DNA from: Andalucia godoyi And28
Lineage: Eukaryota > Protista > Jakobida
Reading direction: 5' to 3'
Length of the DNA stretch: 10,629 bases
Assembly (NCBI GenBank): GCA_009859145.1
Contig: VRVR01000064.1
Location: 1-10,629, forward strand
Shown: one piece after another, positions 7,787-10,629 of the stretch
How the letters are laid out: the number at the start of each line of letters is the position of its first letter
Position numbering within the stretch: the stretch's first letter is position 1
Program-made: the position numbers and the translations under genes
The notes under the pieces: generated by a model
Databases searched by the model: none
Told to the model about the DNA's origin: nothing
Seen by the model: only the letters and a program-made list of their open reading frames with translations

Positions 7787-9055
7787 CTATTGTCCGACAC
7801 CAGTAGAAGTGTTCATGTGATCTAGACGACCTACACGACCAGCATCTTGAAATGTCGCCACTTCAATATGCAGCCGTAGTTGTCCATTGAGGAAGCAACC
7901 CATCCCAATTGTGCTTGTCATCTCGAAAGGGTACATACACATGTCCCTGCTCACCAGATACCGTGAACCATGATCGCCGACCACACTGACATCCATTCGA
8001 CCCACTAACATGCGTGTCTGCTGATCAACAACCGTTAGAACGTCGATCACATCTCCTTGCGGCACAAACTGCAGTCGTCTCGCTTCCGAGGGCGGCACAG
8101 CAGCGGTCAATTGGGAACCGGTATCAAAAATCGAGAGTCCACTTTCAGCTTGTGTCACTCCTGGTTTGACATATTCAACCCTCAAAAACGGTCTGGCATC
8201 AGATTGACGAAAACGAAAAGGGGCAGTAACCATAACCTCACTTGTAGATGCTCCAATGTGTGAAATCAGGACGTCATCAGGTAACTCCTTCACATCCAAT
8301 TGTTGACAAACTATGGACATTGCTTCAACAAATGTATCTCCTTGACCAAGGACCGTAGAATTGCGATGTGCAACCCATTTTCCCTTAAATGAGTTGAATT
8401 GTGATTTTGTCAAAGATTGACGAAAGACATCACACAAGCTCCGAACAAAAGCACATCGACCTTCGAAGGATTGATCACTGAACGGAGAGCTTGCCTGCCG
8501 TTCAGACAAAGGAATTGAGTTGTCATGTATCATCAAAGTATTCTCAACATCTCGAACAAATGGCACCGGAGAACTGAACGTCAGTTCGGGCTTCGCTGAT
8601 AGGGATGAATGCTGACCATCTTGCGAATGCAGTAGATCTTCCGATGGCTTGGTAGGTAGAGTCTGATCATGTAAAACAGCATTTTCAGAATCAACACTAG
8701 TGGGACTCGAAGGTTCAACCACAACTGACACAGAACTTCCAGATCCCGGACTAGTGTGCCTAGTTTTTCGCCTTTTTGCTGCTGAAACGGGCTGCATGGT
8801 TACATTCTTTGAGAAATATAACTTCGGTGAGGTTGAAGATCCCTTTGCATAGTAAAATACATAACCTACAGCGCCTTGGTCTCGTGCAAGAACATCATTG
8901 CCATTATAGGTTCCAGGACAAAAACCCCTTCGAATCTTAAGATCTGCAAATCTGGGACCGTCAAGTCTGTTGATAAGGTCTTCCTTATTTCCTGACGTTT
9001 TAAGGCCTTTTGCCTCAGCTTGCTGCTTTAACTGCTCAATCGTAAGATCAGACAT
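7787..9055 (-). CDS. SAP-domain + DUF5678-like + retropepsin-type (clan AA) aspartic protease
   Basis: 422-codon ORF (ATG 9055, TAG 7789-7787). SAP motif LTIEQLKQQAEAKGLKTSGNKEDLINRL (aa 4-31); basic NLS-like KRRKTR; FKGKWVAHRNSTVLGQGDTFVEAM (DUF5678-like, aa ~220-268); RPFLRV...IFDTGS (catalytic Asp311, codon 8125-8123); flap-like VLTV; C-terminal IGMGCFL equivalent to the LLGMDFL motif. Confidence 0.8.
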   Translation of the reverse strand: MSDLTIEQLKQQAEAKGLKTSGNKEDLINRLDGPRFADLKIRRGFCPGTYNGNDVLARDQGAVGYVFYYAKGSSTSPKLYFSKNVTMQPVSAAKRRKTRHTSPGSGSSVSVVVEPSSPTSVDSENAVLHDQTLPTKPSEDLLHSQDGQHSSLSAKPELTFSSPVPFVRDVENTLMIHDNSIPLSERQASSPFSDQSFEGRCAFVRSLCDVFRQSLTKSQFNSFKGKWVAHRNSTVLGQGDTFVEAMSIVCQQLDVKELPDDVLISHIGASTSEVMVTAPFRFRQSDARPFLRVEYVKPGVTQAESGLSIFDTGSQLTAAVPPSEARRLQFVPQGDVIDVLTVVDQQTRMLVGRMDVSVVGDHGSRYLVSRDMCMYPFEMTSTIGMGCFLNGQLRLHIEVATFQDAGRVGRLDHMNTSTGVGQ

Positions 9056-9382
9056 TGAGGAGAGACCTGTAGAACACAGATGAATTGAAAATATTGAGAT
9101 TCGCAGTGCTTTGTCTTGGCTTCCAAAATAAGGACTCTAGAGAATTAAGGGTTTTTCTGAAGACTTGTGAGCCAGAAAAGACAAAAAGGTGAGCGCAAAG
9201 GTTTGCGCTTCCTTTGCGCGTAACAACTATTTCTATGGTGCAGCTGACGAGCTACCCTGATTCCTCTGAAAGTCCCCAGTTGCCTTTTAGTCTGCCCCGA
9301 TTGTCCGCTAGGTTTGGACTTTGGAGAACTCACAGCTTGATACTTGATGCTCGCACACCCACTCAGCACTAGGGTGGGTATC

Positions 9383-9461
9383 TTGCACTGCAACGGACTT
9401 TGGAGTGCAAGATTGCACAAAGTTGCATGAAATTGCAGTGAAATTGCAATGCAATATTGCA
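9383..9461. repeat. Subterminal array of nine TGCA cores (TTGCA/TGCAA)
   Basis: TGCA at 9384, 9389, 9406, 9414, 9424, 9434, 9445, 9450 and 9458; about 0.3 expected by chance in 79 bp at equal base frequencies. Confidence 0.85.
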
Positions 9462-9653
9462 GCTTCATAAGCGGTTCCGATTGCCCGCCATTTTGGCCGC
9501 CGCAATTTCCCGCGATTTCACTTCTGGCCTCTCTGGCCACATGCCTCAAATTTCCTGTTCGACATCTTTAGTTGGAATTGCCGGTGTTGGTTTCGTTTCG
9601 TTGTTCGTGGTTTTTAATTTGTCTTTTGTTTGGACATTTCTTGACTTCAGAAC

Positions 9654-10629
9654 ATGTCTGTTGCACAGTCATCTTCGAACGAAACAGGGCGGGATTCGCA
9701 GGCCCGTATTACTCCTGTGGGCCACAAATCAAAGTCTTCTGTTTTCAAACACGTAGTGTACTCTGGAGGTGAAAAAGACCCTGCAGAAAACCAGGGGAAG
9801 GGACCTTGGAAGTGCAAACACTGTGGACTATCTCTTCCAGGATCCGATAATCCGACCCGAGTGTGCGCACACTTCATCACCTGTAAGAACATTCCCGCAA
9901 GAGACTTGGCTGTCTTGTCCAAGCAGCACAGCTCCATTTTTGGACGCGTTGTTTTTTCCCCAAGTTCGGACAACTCGCAATCGTCTTCGTCGTCGTCGTT
10001 GACAATTAGAGAAGATTGTCGCTTGGTTGAGAGTCGTCGACGAGTGCTGACATCAGGCGCAAGTAACACCGCAGAACCAATGAAGAAAGTTTTCCGCCAG
10101 TCGTCAATCACGTCTTCGACTGTGTCCATTTCCCGTCCTGCCTGGGATGCCTTTGTGCGACACTTTGTGAAAGCAATGTACCAATGCAATGTTCCCTTCA
10201 GGTTCATTGAAAATGAGCAACTGAAATTCGCATTCGACAGTCTCGGTGTCACTTCCAGATCGGAGTCATTCCCTGCACTGCCGACTCGCCGAGCGGTCGC
10301 TGGTCCACTGTTGAATGAAATGTACCAAGAATGCAAGTTTACGTTCGCAGACGCTTGTTTGAAGGCCCGATGGCTGAGCGTGTCGACCGATTCCTGGACA
10401 AACGCTGCAGACGCTGCAGTGGTCAATTTCATCGTGCACACACCCGCGCCCCTTTTCTTCGATTCCGTTTTCACCGGAGACCACAATCAAGATGCAGAGT
10501 ATTTGGCCGACGTCATACATGCAAAGATGAGAGAAGTCACCCAACATGCGTGCGGTGGAGTAGACAAGTGGAGTGCAATCGTCACAGACAACTGCAACAC
10601 GATGAAGAAAGTATGGAGATTGCTGAAAC
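9654..10629 (+). CDS. hAT transposase with BED zinc finger (5' part, 325 codons, truncated by the window edge)
   Basis: My own translation, absent from the track because no stop falls inside the window: MSVAQ...SSVFKHV...PWKCKHCG...NPTRVCAHFITC (BED finger, 9735-9887); VPFRFIENEQLKFAF; LPTRRAVAGPLLNEMY; WLSVSTDSWTN (first Asp, 10389); AIVTDNCNTMKKVW (second Asp, 10587). No in-frame stops. Confidence 0.93.
   Translation, partial: MSVAQSSSNETGRDSQARITPVGHKSKSSVFKHVVYSGGEKDPAENQGKGPWKCKHCGLSLPGSDNPTRVCAHFITCKNIPARDLAVLSKQHSSIFGRVVFSPSSDNSQSSSSSSLTIREDCRLVESRRRVLTSGASNTAEPMKKVFRQSSITSSTVSISRPAWDAFVRHFVKAMYQCNVPFRFIENEQLKFAFDSLGVTSRSESFPALPTRRAVAGPLLNEMYQECKFTFADACLKARWLSVSTDSWTNAADAAVVNFIVHTPAPLFFDSVFTGDHNQDAEYLADVIHAKMREVTQHACGGVDKWSAIVTDNCNTMKKVWRLLK

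Larger units (their letters stand above)
9370..10629 (+). mobile_element. hAT-superfamily DNA transposon, left part (right end outside the window)
   Basis: Candidate TIR TAGGGTGGGTATC at 9370, a dense subterminal TGCA array directly inside it, then a hAT transposase ORF from 9654. The terminus and TSD cannot be confirmed without the right end. Confidence 0.8.

Noticed and set aside
7871-8197. LTR retrotransposon pol fragment
   Set aside because: No gag zinc knuckle, RT, RNase H, integrase or LTRs; the ORF starts with a SAP domain and stops shortly after the protease.
9647-10486. 279-aa minus-strand ORF from the track
   Set aside because: It is the antisense shadow of the hAT transposase, whose + strand frame carries all the conserved motifs.
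1-10629. CRISPR array, tRNA or rRNA genes, prokaryotic operon signals
   Set aside because: I saw no regularly interspaced repeats, cloverleaf or rRNA-like sequence, or consistent Shine-Dalgarno pattern.

Overview
This window looks like eukaryotic nuclear DNA: about 65-nt AT-rich GT-AG introns, no operon structure, standard genetic code. It is an accessory or mobile-element-rich patch in which every protein with a recognisable domain is predicted to act on or bind DNA. From left to right: (1) an intact ~825-aa protein fusing a HeH/LEM-like motif, a protein kinase and a C-terminal GIY-YIG endonuclease; (2) a broken gene of unknown function on the minus strand; (3) a PD-(D/E)xK nuclease gene with a stop codon where the catalytic Glu is expected; (4) an AT-hook/coiled-coil protein followed, in another frame, by a transposase-type HTH and an acidic tail; (5) an intact SAP + DUF5678-like + retropepsin-type aspartic protease; (6) the left end of a hAT DNA transposon. 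The hAT has a candidate TIR, helically phased TGCA repeats and a BED-finger DDE transposase that runs off the window and is missing from the supplied ORF track. All domain calls come from reading motifs by eye; no database search was run.
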